Shown here: piece after piece, positions 1 to 8,917 of the stretch
Layout of the letters: every line of letters starts with the position of its first letter
How positions within the stretch are numbered: the stretch's first letter is position 1
Virus record (IMG/VR): IMGVR_UViG_3300028393_000063
DNA from: an uncultured virus (IMG/VR IMGVR_UViG_3300028393_000063)
Taxonomy: Duplodnaviria; Heunggongvirae; Uroviricota; Caudoviricetes
DNA: 64,000 bases
Direction: 5' to 3' (one strand)
Translations under genes and position numbers: made by a program
The notes under the pieces: generated by a model
The model's database searches: none
Told to the model about the DNA's origin: nothing
The model's input: only the letters and a program-made list of their open reading frames with translations

Positions 1-862
1 CTAAAATGCGGAAACGGTTGTCGTTTATAGCTGAAAAACCCTGTTCTTCGGCTTTTCTCTTCTCTATATCGTCTAAAACAGCTAAAGGCTCCCCTAATTC
101 TATGTCTCTATAAAACCCAGCAACCATCAATTTCTTAACATCGTTTTTAGTTTTACGCATAATATGCGTCATACGCTCTGCGGTATCTAAGTTTGAAGCC
201 CCGTATGGTACAACAAAGTCTTCTGCTGGTATAAACATAGCTACTTGCCTATCCAAACTTGGGTCAAAATACACCTTTTTAAACGCTGAGCCGGCTAATG
301 GTAAATTCCACAATAACTTCTCGTGCTCAGGACGGTACTCCGTCATCTGGTCCATTAACTTATAGTTCATATCGTCTGAGACTCTAATTGATGATTCTTT
401 TTTAGCGTTTGTCTCTTTGCCGATAATCTGTGTCTTTACTGGTCCTGTGGCTGGGAATGTCTCCATAATAGCTTCTGACTGAAATCTAACTACTGCTTCA
501 GACAGCATCGGATGGTACACCCCACAAGCTCCCGCCCAAGGTTCAGTTGTCTCCTCGTACTTTAATCCTAGTAATCTTAACCCTTGCACATATGTATCAG
601 CCCAATCCTTCCGACCAGACTGGTCAGATTCAAACAAGGCAATTAACTCACTACCTATTGTTTGCAGGGCTGTCTCATCCATATCCTCGGCTAAGTTTTT
701 AGCAAACTCTTCTCCGTCTTCATCTTTTAAGATGTCAATATCTATATCACCCGCCGATATATGTACAGACTCTGGGTCCACAATCTCAATCTCAAGTGGC
801 TCCGCTTCTGGGGTTGCCGCTAAACCTTGAGGGGCTTCATATAACGCTTTATCTATTGCCAT
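1..862 (-). CDS. Portal protein, N-terminal part (runs off window start)
   Basis: Manual translation from ATG at 862: MAIDKALYEAPQG...LGLKYEETTEPWAGACGVYHPMLSEAVVRFQSEAIMETFPATGPVKTQIIG...LPLAGSAFKKVYFD. Lies downstream of the terminase and resembles podovirus-type portals. Confidence 0.8.
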   Translation of the reverse strand, partial: MAIDKALYEAPQGLAATPEAEPLEIEIVDPESVHISAGDIDIDILKDEDGEEFAKNLAEDMDETALQTIGSELIALFESDQSGRKDWADTYVQGLRLLGLKYEETTEPWAGACGVYHPMLSEAVVRFQSEAIMETFPATGPVKTQIIGKETNAKKESSIRVSDDMNYKLMDQMTEYRPEHEKLLWNLPLAGSAFKKVYFDPSLDRQVAMFIPAEDFVVPYGASNLDTAERMTHIMRKTKNDVKKLMVAGFYRDIELGEPLAVLDDIEKRKAEEQGFSAINDNRFRIL

Positions 863-864
863 GA

Positions 865-1119
865 CTATTTATCCTTTAATGTTGCTTTATTCGTTTTCTT
901 ACTATATTTGTAGTCTTCTGAACTACGTCCACTTGCTTTTGCAGCTCTATCTTTAGCCCTACCACTAGCGCCTAATGCCTGACGTTCTTTCCCTTTTTCA
1001 GTTAGTTTCCCGTCTTTTAATATGCCGTACTGAGTTAATCTACCCACAGCTACATCCTTGGCGTTATCCACACCTTTAGAACTTAGCTGGTTTGTTAATC
1101 TTTTAACTATGCTCGCCAT
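865..1119 (-). CDS. Small basic hypothetical protein between terminase and portal
   Basis: 84-aa Lys/Arg-rich ORF packed between terL and portal. Confidence 0.65.
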   Translation of the reverse strand: MASIVKRLTNQLSSKGVDNAKDVAVGRLTQYGILKDGKLTEKGKERQALGASGRAKDRAAKASGRSSEDYKYSKKTNKATLKDK

Positions 1120-1122
1120 ATA

Positions 1123-2670
1123 TCACCTTAAATTATAAAACCCAGCACTACGTTTGGATTTAAAATATCTAATATCTTCGGGCTCATCACTAGGCAGTAT
1201 AAGAAACCCTCCCTGCCTAAATCGCATTAATGCCAGCGTCATTGAGTCAGTTAAGTCATCATGTTCGCCCGAAGGAAAACTTGCAACCTCATCCACTAGC
1301 TCTTCCGCCCACCTTGTTTCAGGTGCCCATACTTTACCTGATGCAAATAAATCAGCTACGCTATTTAACCTTGAAATCTTATCCTGCCCTTTTCCCGGAC
1401 TATACTCCGCCACAGGTATACCCATCCTTCTTAACTCTTGTATCAGCGGCGCTCCTGCTGCTTTTTTTTCCACGAGGAAAGCATCTGGTTCATACTCTTT
1501 ATAGTGCTCAAATGCTTTTGCCTTAAGCTCAGGAAACTCCATGCGTTCCTTAAAGGCATCAAGCAAAATGATATTAGGCAACATATTGTCTTCTTCATTA
1601 TAAAATACTCCCCACGTAGTACAAGCTGAATAATCATTTACTGTACGAGTTTCGTGTGCAGTATCCCAAGACTGTATTATAAATTCACATTGAGGTGGTT
1701 CGTCATGTTGCCACACTTTCCACCATTCACGTTTAACGATTGCCGAATTATCTGAGGTCGGCTGTTGCATATATTGCGCTTGCCACTTACCGTTAGGCAA
1801 TTCGTTCCGTAGGGCTTCTAACTCTTTTAATGACCAGAACTCAGGCCACAGTGGATTACCACTTGGTAGTATCGCCGGGAACTCAATCACACGCCACTCG
1901 TCTCCTCCACGCTGGACGCTAGATTTTATTACTTGTGCAGCCAAATCTCTCAGGCTCCACCGTGTCATAACTATAACTATAGACCCACCCGGCTGAAGTC
2001 GTTGCCGTGGACCTGATGTATACCACTCATATGTCTTGTCGTATATCTCTGGGCTGAATGCTGCTAGGGCTGCTTCTTGTTCCGAGTGAGGGTCGTCAAT
2101 AATGAGGATGTCAGCCCCTTTACCCGTAACAGCGCCTCCCACCCCAATAGCAAAATAATCGCCCCCAAAATTTGTATTCCAACGACCAGCGGCTTTAGAG
2201 TCAGACTGGAGCTCAACTGTTGGAAAAATCCTCTTATAAGCATCTGAATCAACTAAGTTCCTCACTTTACGTCCAAAACCCACGGCAAGCTCAGCGGTGT
2301 GGGATGTTTGAATTACTTTCTTGTTGGGGTACTTGCCTAAAAACCACGCCGGTAGTAGATAACTCGCAAATTCACTTTTAGTGTGCCTTGGTGGCATGTT
2401 AATAATGAGTCTTTTACATTTTCCTGACGCTACATCTTCAAAAGCTTCTGCCATCCGAGCATGGTGCCTACCAGCAATGAAGTCGGGCCATACCTCGTTC
2501 ACAAAAGCTAGGAAATCTGCCGTACATTCTTCTCTTTTTTCTCTTAACTCTAGCTCTTCGACAATTGACAGCACATCTTTGGCATCTTCTATGGGTAAAG
2601 AGTGTAAAAACTCCTTCCTTTTCTGTGGTGATAACCTTTTTAGGGTCTCAAATATGTTAAGCGTGGTCAT
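1123..2670 (-). CDS. terL: Terminase large subunit
   Basis: Walker A variant MPPRHTKSE, Walker B IIDDP, coupling motif VMTRW, C-terminal RNase H-like nuclease (SWDTA...HDDLTDS). Confidence 0.95.
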   Translation of the reverse strand: MTTLNIFETLKRLSPQKRKEFLHSLPIEDAKDVLSIVEELELREKREECTADFLAFVNEVWPDFIAGRHHARMAEAFEDVASGKCKRLIINMPPRHTKSEFASYLLPAWFLGKYPNKKVIQTSHTAELAVGFGRKVRNLVDSDAYKRIFPTVELQSDSKAAGRWNTNFGGDYFAIGVGGAVTGKGADILIIDDPHSEQEAALAAFSPEIYDKTYEWYTSGPRQRLQPGGSIVIVMTRWSLRDLAAQVIKSSVQRGGDEWRVIEFPAILPSGNPLWPEFWSLKELEALRNELPNGKWQAQYMQQPTSDNSAIVKREWWKVWQHDEPPQCEFIIQSWDTAHETRTVNDYSACTTWGVFYNEEDNMLPNIILLDAFKERMEFPELKAKAFEHYKEYEPDAFLVEKKAAGAPLIQELRRMGIPVAEYSPGKGQDKISRLNSVADLFASGKVWAPETRWAEELVDEVASFPSGEHDDLTDSMTLALMRFRQGGFLILPSDEPEDIRYFKSKRSAGFYNLR

Positions 2671-3289
2671 TAGCTCTAGATTCTAGGGTTACTACACCCA
2701 ATTCTTTGTCTAAATCAAGAACCATAGACTGCCTTTGCTTTTTAGCAGGGGTTTCTACCCGCTCAACCTCGCCCATATACCTAGAAAGTTTTTTCTCTAG
2801 CTCTTCCTTGAGCTGGTCAGTAGTTCTATGCGTAACTGAAACCTCAATCTTGTCGGCGTACATACCCAAAGTGCTTAATCTTCCAAGACTTTCTAGGGCT
2901 CTTAGCCTATCAGCGGCTTTTTCCCCGTCCGATTCCTCAATAAGTCGAGTAGTTACATAGGTTTTTAGCTTAGCCGTGTCCTCAATAACCGTATTACTGT
3001 ACCGATACATTAAATCATTTAACCATTTAGCGGTTTCTGCGTTGAACGGTCTGCGATGTGCAATTGGTGAACCCGTAAACTGTGCCGCACTCTGCTGGGC
3101 AGCCTGCTCAATCAACTTCCTATCTTTAGGATTTTCTGGGTCTGGCTCTACTAGCCCATTTTGAATTAGAAATAATCTGGTATTAAACGCAGCTTTAGCA
3201 CGAGCGACTATATCCCCGTATTCATCGGGTTTAAAATCTGTCGGTATCGGTACCCCTAATTCAGGAGTAATCTTAATCGCATTAGTCAT
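2657..3289 (-). CDS. Putative terminase small subunit
   Basis: 210-aa helical protein immediately upstream of and overlapping terL; DRLRALESLGRL...MYADKIEV segment. Confidence 0.6.
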   Translation of the reverse strand: MTNAIKITPELGVPIPTDFKPDEYGDIVARAKAAFNTRLFLIQNGLVEPDPENPKDRKLIEQAAQQSAAQFTGSPIAHRRPFNAETAKWLNDLMYRYSNTVIEDTAKLKTYVTTRLIEESDGEKAADRLRALESLGRLSTLGMYADKIEVSVTHRTTDQLKEELEKKLSRYMGEVERVETPAKKQRQSMVLDLDKELGVVTLESRANDHA

Positions 3290-3330
3290 AGGAGGAAATT
3301 TATTAACACATTGGCACTCCGGTTAGACGA

Positions 3331-3359
3331 AGTATATAACACTTCTAAATTTTTTGCAA
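3331..3359 (-). promoter_or_regulatory. Sigma70-type promoter for the packaging/late arm
   Basis: Minus strand TTGCAA-N17-TATACT about 40 bp upstream of the terS start. Confidence 0.6.
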
Positions 3360-3630
3360 AATATTATATTGCCTAGGATTCTTTTAAAAAGATGACGGGG
3401 GTGTTTTGCATGAAATATTAAGTTAGTAGCGGCTAACAAATGCAAGGGGGTAGGGGGGTGCTCTGAAAATTATGAAGTCTAACGTGGAAATTCGAGTAAT
3501 AGTAGAAGCGTAGGAGTCCCACTTTTAAATTTGGGGGGTGCGGTGGGAACTATCCCGCCAAAAAATATGTAACACCGATGTTACTTGTTAAAACTATAAC
3601 TGTTTTAATTCTATAATGGTTTACTTATTA

Positions 3631-3747
3631 TAAGTTTACTAATGAGAATGATTATCGTTTATATGTTGCTAGGTTAACTAATGAGAATGATTATCGTTTA
3701 TATGTTGCTAAGTTTACTAATGAGAATGATTATCGTTTATATGTTGC
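3631..3747. repeat. 3 x 39-bp tandem repeat, each unit containing a Fur-box-like sequence
   Basis: Units 3631-3669, 3670-3708, 3709-3747 (TARGTTWACTAATGAGAATGATTATCGTTTATATGTTGC). Confidence 0.9.
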
Positions 3748-3829
3748 ATCGCATCATTCATTCATTACATACAAGTAACACTAGTGTTACTCATTCAATC
3801 TAATATGTTGTTTTAATGTTAGATATAAT

Positions 3830-3858
3830 TTGACATGTTATTTATATTCAGGCATAAT
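3830..3858 (+). promoter_or_regulatory. Sigma70-type early promoter
   Basis: TTGACA-N17-CATAAT. Confidence 0.75.
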
Positions 3859-3910
3859 AGATTCATGGTGTAGGAAACATCGTTTCCCCCATATTTTGAA
3901 AGGTTACAAA

Positions 3911-4537
3911 ATGACTACTACTACAAACCCTATTAGCAACATGGCATCAACCCTTGTAGGCAATAAGCCTGCTAACCCTAAAACACCAAGCAAAGGTATT
4001 ACAATGCTATCTCCTGAATTAACCCTTGCAAGTGTTACCAGTTACGCCAATGGTATTAAATTGGGTAATGATGCCGTAGCATTAATGAATGAAGCACTAA
4101 AACCTTTTCATGATGCTAAGGTTAAACTTGTTAAATCTTCCGAAACGAAAAGCCCGTTATTCGCTTATTCGAATCAGGTTAGAACTATGTTTATAGATGC
4201 TTTCAAAGGTGCAATTAATCCTAAGAGTAATAAGGGTTATTCTAAAGATTATATTGAGAAGCGTTTATATCCCGCATTTGTAACTGGTATTAACTCTGGT
4301 AAACCTATTAATAATATGCATGATAATGTTAATAAAAATAAATCAGGAAAAGCCAAAGGAGAGAAAACCGAAGCACAATACAAGGCGGATTTAATTAAAG
4401 CATTAACTACAATATATGAGTTATCAGATGCAGTTCCAAGTGTTATTGATTTTATGGATAATAGCATCGAATCAGGCAATAACTTTTTAGAGTCAGTAAT
4501 TGATTTTCTAAAATCAGAAGGCGTTGAAATTGCATAA
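3911..4537 (+). CDS. First early gene, hypothetical protein (monocistronic)
   Basis: ATG at 3911 preceded by GAAAGG, with its own promoter and terminator. The ORF-track start at 3830 is the -35 box. Confidence 0.75.
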   Translation: MTTTTNPISNMASTLVGNKPANPKTPSKGITMLSPELTLASVTSYANGIKLGNDAVALMNEALKPFHDAKVKLVKSSETKSPLFAYSNQVRTMFIDAFKGAINPKSNKGYSKDYIEKRLYPAFVTGINSGKPINNMHDNVNKNKSGKAKGEKTEAQYKADLIKALTTIYELSDAVPSVIDFMDNSIESGNNFLESVIDFLKSEGVEIA

Positions 4538-4553
4538 GTAACACCAATGTTAC

Positions 4554-4582
4554 AAACCCCTGAGAAATCGGGGGTTTTTTTT
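4554..4582 (+). terminator. Rho-independent terminator
   Basis: AAACCCCTGA-GAAA-TCGGGGGTTT followed by a T run. Confidence 0.85.
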
Positions 4583-4779
4583 CGCCCTAATTTTTAGGGC
4601 TATTTTTTTTTCTTGGAACTATCAAAACTATCATTTCGGTCTTGCCGAGTCTAAGCAGTAGCCGAGAAAACTATCAAGATTGTGCGTGCCAAGTTGCGTG
4701 CCAAGCGGATGCCGAGCAGTTGCCAAATATAAGTAACACCGATGTTACTCGTTGTAAGTTTAGTATAGTAATGACAATA

Positions 4780-5200
4780 TAAGATAATGCCCAAAACTTA
4801 AGATAATGCCCAAAAGTTAGTATAATGCCCAAAAAGCATTGGTTTACAATGAGTCAAATCGACCTATACTCAGCATGGTCTGCAGGTCTGTTTTCAAAAA
4901 AAGAGTGTCTTGGATATATATAAGGTTTTGTATAGAGAGAAATGTGTTACAAATAAAAAAAATGTGTTACGGCATTGGCAAATTGCGTTTAAAAGAGAAG
5001 CGTTCTTTTGCCGATTTTCAAAAAAACCTGCAGAAATAGATTCTATAAGGGTGTATTTTTTACGCAACACTTGACATTCAGGCAAATCGACCTATACCCA
5101 TCATGCCCTCCAAGCCAATTTCCTCAAAAACAATCACTTTTTTTTTACTTTTGGGCATTCGTTTAAGTTTTGGGCATTCGTTTAAGTTTTGGGCATTATA
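4780..5200. repeat. Two inverted clusters of 3 x 19-bp repeats (origin candidate)
   Basis: ATAATGCCCAAAA at 4784, 4803, 4822; TTTTGGGCATT at 5149, 5168, 5187. Confidence 0.85.
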
Positions 5201-5461
5201 TCTTCCATAGCCTTCTTTACACTTTCATGTAAACCTACAACAACTTACCCACACTTCTTCCATTTTTTACTCACAAAATCCTTCTCTCCTCCGCCCCATT
5301 TCCCAAAAGTGTGCAACAAAAAAACAAAATGTGCAACAAAAAATCATGCTATACTGTGCAACATGTCTCACACTTTGTGTTACACTAAACTGTCTCACAA
5401 ACCCTTATTTTGTCTCACAAACCATTTATTTGTCTCACACTTTTACAGGAACCCCTAAAAA

Positions 5462-5779
5462 ATGGCAAGAAAACTCACAAAAGGTCAATTCATAAATTTT
5501 CGTGTTTCAGACGAGATTCACACCTCTCTCATGCAATTAGCCAACCGAAAAATGATGCCCATATCAACCATCATGCGAGTCGCTTTGCACGAATACATAA
5601 CCAAGGTATCAATCGAGATGCTTGCCGAAACTCCCCCAACAAACGGCACTACTCTCACCGATATAGCCAACCCACACTATGCCCACATAGTAAACGCACC
5701 TGCATCACCAAAGAGCCAACTAAGTAACACGAGTGTTACTAACCCACTATACGAGGATATTGCAGATGAGTGGATATGA
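5462..5779 (+). CDS. Ribbon-helix-helix (Arc/CopG-like) DNA-binding protein
   Basis: FINFRVSDEIHTSLMQLANRKMMPISTIMRVALHEYI fits the beta-alpha-alpha RHH pattern. Confidence 0.7.
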   Translation: MARKLTKGQFINFRVSDEIHTSLMQLANRKMMPISTIMRVALHEYITKVSIEMLAETPPTNGTTLTDIANPHYAHIVNAPASPKSQLSNTSVTNPLYEDIADEWI

Positions 5780-6212
5780 TAATATAAAGAACGCTTATCT
5801 ATATCGAAAGAAAGATAATAGGTTTGGTTCAAAGAACAAGATAATATCTAGGATTAAAAACCTTAATAACCCTGATAATATTAATAATCCAAATAACCCA
5901 AAGATAACCAACGAAGTATTAATACTGCATATAGATAATGAGTATCTTTCCCTGCCCGAAGCATCTGCTAAATATAATATCTCGGAGACTATACTCAAGC
6001 GTAGGTATACCCGTGGTGCTAGAGACACAGAGTTATTAAATCCTGTGCAAGCAGACCATGCGTTAATCGTTGCTCTGGATGGAGAGACACGGACTCTTAA
6101 AGAACTGTCACAAATGTCGGGGATTAAAATTGGCACAATCCTCATGCGGTATCGGAGTGGTAAACGAGGGAGGGATTTGATAAAGCCTGTGAAGCATATA
6201 CTCAAGTTATAA
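5766..6212 (+). CDS. Protein with two tandem HTH-like repeats
   Basis: YLSLPEASAKYNISETILKRRYTRG and TRTLKELSQMSGIKIGTILMRYRSG; likely ATG at 5766. Confidence 0.6.
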   Translation: MSGYDNIKNAYLYRKKDNRFGSKNKIISRIKNLNNPDNINNPNNPKITNEVLILHIDNEYLSLPEASAKYNISETILKRRYTRGARDTELLNPVQADHALIVALDGETRTLKELSQMSGIKIGTILMRYRSGKRGRDLIKPVKHILKL

Positions 6213-6226
6213 CAAGTTATTCCAAC

Positions 6227-6255
6227 TTGACAAGAACGCATAATAGGAGTAAAAT
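6227..6255 (+). promoter_or_regulatory. Sigma70-type early promoter
   Basis: TTGACA-N17-TAAAAT. Confidence 0.8.
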
Positions 6256-6261
6256 AGTAGT

Positions 6262-6885
6262 TATAGTGGTCGAAGTATGGGAGTGCATAGGGTAAGTAAC
6301 ATTCGTGTTACTTATGATAACCGAAACTTCTAGACCACCCTCTTTAACAACTTAGTAAATATCCTAGTCATAACGCACTAGGTGTAGGGTAGGCATAGGT
6401 TGCAGATACATTGATTAATGGCGTGGGATTACAGACCACAACGAAAGCGTGAGTAATGGTAGAAGGGTTTTTAAAGTAAGGTTAATGACCGAGTAGCCCG
6501 ATATAACCGCAAACAAGTGAAACGAGAATCATGTAACAAGTAACACCGATGTTACATATGAGCCGTGAAGAACTATTAAAACAGCAAGCACGAACAAAAA
6601 CAAGAAAAGCCAAAGACAATGAGTCGCATCAAGTATTGAATACCGAACAGTATCCCTACGATTTATATATAGCAAGCAGACTTTATCTGTGAACATGATG
6701 TGCATACGCACCAAGTAACTCCGTATCTGATGCCACTTACTATATATAAGTCTTGCCCCTAACCTCTAACAAGAACTGCGAGAAAATAGCAGAGGGCGTA
6801 ATAATTTAACAACTAGCGTTGATATTAAAAGGTAAAAGATTTATAGAAGGGCTTGATTCGTCAGGCTCTTCACTTAAGTTTTTTA
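6262..6885 (+). ncRNA. Candidate ~600-nt structured RNA or leader with boxA-like element
   Basis: No + strand ORF of 60 aa or more; several inverted repeats; CTCTTTAACAA at 6340-6350; terminal hairpin at 6846-6871. Confidence 0.4.
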
Positions 6886-6904
6886 ACCATGAAAGGAAAA
6901 GCAA

Positions 6905-7120
6905 ATGAAAAAACCGAAGTTTAGACCACGATGCTTAGATTGTGGTGAGCCGTATGCTCGAAGCAGATGGAAGATAAGTATTATGTATTGCCTACCATGT
7001 GGAGATTTGCGTGCAAAGGATAGAAAGTTTACAATAGCAATCCCATATAACAAAGGTGCGTATCAGGTAATATATAATGCACAAGATTTAGCAACAACTA
7101 ACCCAAAGAGGACAACATGA
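6905..7120 (+). CDS. Small zinc-finger protein
   Basis: CLDC...CLPC; SD GAAAGG upstream. Confidence 0.7.
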   Translation: MKKPKFRPRCLDCGEPYARSRWKISIMYCLPCGDLRAKDRKFTIAIPYNKGAYQVIYNAQDLATTNPKRTT

Positions 7121-7726
7121 GTGAATTTTTTGAAGAGATTAGTGACGATGAGCCAACCCGTGCAGAATTAGAAATGATTAACCATTGGGGTGAGAAGTGT
7201 GAAGACTACCAAAAAGGGTGTGGTGTTTGCGATGCTTGGAAACATTTTGAAAAAACTAACGAGGTAATAAGATGAGTGACGAAGATAAAAAACCAGTAAC
7301 AGTAGTAACTAGCCGAATCATTAACAATATGATTGCACCAAGGAAGAATAAGCGTAGTATCAAAGTCCATGTGCCTACCTTACTAGATGTATTGCACAAG
7401 GATATATCTTTTGCAGAGAAGATAGAAGCAGTAAGGGCAGTCAATCCATATTTTTATTTATTAACACCTAAACCAAAGAAAGCGAAAGGACAGAAATGAA
7501 ACAACGAAAACTAGCAATACCCTACAAGGGCGATGACATTGCCACTTTCAACCACAACAATAAGTATCACCGAACATCAAGCGAAGCGTTTAGGGATGCG
7601 GAGTATGCCTGTGCCGTGTCTCATAACAAGAGTGTTAAGCGAGATATGATGGAGTTTGGGTTTATGGCAGTAGCCCTTATCAGTTTGTTTATAACGCTAA
7701 AGTATGTTATAATGTATTATAAGTAG
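7117..7726 (+). CDS. Three small hypothetical early genes (7117-7275, 7272-7499, 7496-7726)
   Basis: ATGA-coupled ORFs; the last has a C-terminal hydrophobic segment. Confidence 0.6.
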
Positions 7727-7797
7727 TAGATGTTTGTAGTAAGATGTTATAAGTAACACAGATGTTACATTCAATTTAAACTCAGAAAGGATTTATC

Positions 7798-8688
7798 ATG
7801 CAGACAGAATTAAACTTAGACTTACCCACAGACTATGCGTATGCAAAGATTTCGTCATCAGCCATGCTAGTCGATTTGTCTTTATCAGTATGGACGGCTC
7901 GTAAGTTAGACAAGAAGGTATCAGCCGAAGTAGACCAAGCCAAGTCCACAAAAACTAGGGCAGGTAACTACAACAAAAACTTGTTAGCAGGTTCATCGAA
8001 GTTAGATGAGATTGGTAAGATTGCGTCAGCCGTGCGTAATTGGCATTATCTACAGACAAGTCCGTGGTCAGATTCAGGCACAAGGTTATTGCCAGCAACA
8101 TTATTCATAGACTATAAATCCCAGTTAGGACAATGGGAAAAGATGTTTACAGATGCCGTTGATGCGTTTCTTGTTGAGTATGATGACATCGTTACCGCAT
8201 CAGCGTTTCAGTTAGCAGGATTGTTTAACCGTGATGACTACCCTCATGTAAATAAAGTGCGTGAGAAGTTTGGGTTTAACTTCTTCTTTAGCCCTGTGCC
8301 TGAGAGTGGTGACTTCCGTATAGATATAGGTGAGCAAGGTATGAGTGAGTTGAGAGACCGCTATGAATCAGCCTACAAAAGTCGTATTGAAACTTCCATG
8401 AAAGATGTTTGGGACAGGGTTTACACTACCCTCCGCCATATATCCTCTAAATTAGATTCAACGGAAGGTAAGCAGAGACTATACGATAGCATGGTGGATA
8501 ATGCCGTGGAACTATCAAAACTCCTCAAACATCTAAATGTTACGCAAGATTCAAGGCTTGAGCATTTACGCATGGACATGGAGAAAGCGTTGCATGGTGT
8601 AAGTTGTGAGGATTTAAGGGATAGCGAAGCGATGCGTGAAGATACCAAGCGTAAGGTAGATGCTATGTTAGATAAGTTTGCTTTTTAG
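7798..8688 (+). CDS. DUF3150-like helical protein associated with the AAA/vWA pair
   Basis: 296 aa with SD; context upstream of a MoxR-type AAA and vWA gene; family assignment from recalled similarity. Confidence 0.55.
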   Translation: MQTELNLDLPTDYAYAKISSSAMLVDLSLSVWTARKLDKKVSAEVDQAKSTKTRAGNYNKNLLAGSSKLDEIGKIASAVRNWHYLQTSPWSDSGTRLLPATLFIDYKSQLGQWEKMFTDAVDAFLVEYDDIVTASAFQLAGLFNRDDYPHVNKVREKFGFNFFFSPVPESGDFRIDIGEQGMSELRDRYESAYKSRIETSMKDVWDRVYTTLRHISSKLDSTEGKQRLYDSMVDNAVELSKLLKHLNVTQDSRLEHLRMDMEKALHGVSCEDLRDSEAMREDTKRKVDAMLDKFAF

Positions 8689-8690
8689 CC

Positions 8691-8900
8691 ATGAAAGTAG
8701 GTGACTATGTTTTATACGGCGACCATGCGTGGAAAGTATTTAAAAAACACAAGAAAGGAACATTTCAAATTAAAAGATTAAGTGGCAACCTTCTCATATA
8801 TTGGGGGGATATAGAAGTATCCGAAGATTTATGCGCAGTAATTACTAAAGAAGTAACAGATGTATTTATAGCAAGTAACACCGATGTTACAAACAATTAA
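8691..8900 (+). CDS. Hypothetical protein
   Basis: 69-aa ORF in operon (MKVGDYV, SH3/KOW-like start). Confidence 0.55.
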   Translation: MKVGDYVLYGDHAWKVFKKHKKGTFQIKRLSGNLLIYWGDIEVSEDLCAVITKEVTDVFIASNTDVTNN

Positions 8901-8917
8901 CCAAAAAGGAGAAGTAA

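Noticed and set aside
3631..3747. 39-bp repeats as a mini CRISPR array
   Set aside because: Units are contiguous with no unique spacers, and the only Cas-like gene is a Cas4-like replication nuclease
3830..3910. ORF-track N-terminal extension of the first early gene
   Set aside because: The TTG is the -35 box; the SD-supported ATG is at 3911
4839..5458. ORFs 4839-5039, 4894-5085, 5189-5458
   Set aside because: They span the repeat and A/T-tract region, lack an RBS and have implausible composition
6720..6760. Hammerhead ribozyme from CTGATG at about 6727
   Set aside because: The core is CTGATGC rather than CTGATGA and no correctly placed GAAA and stems were found
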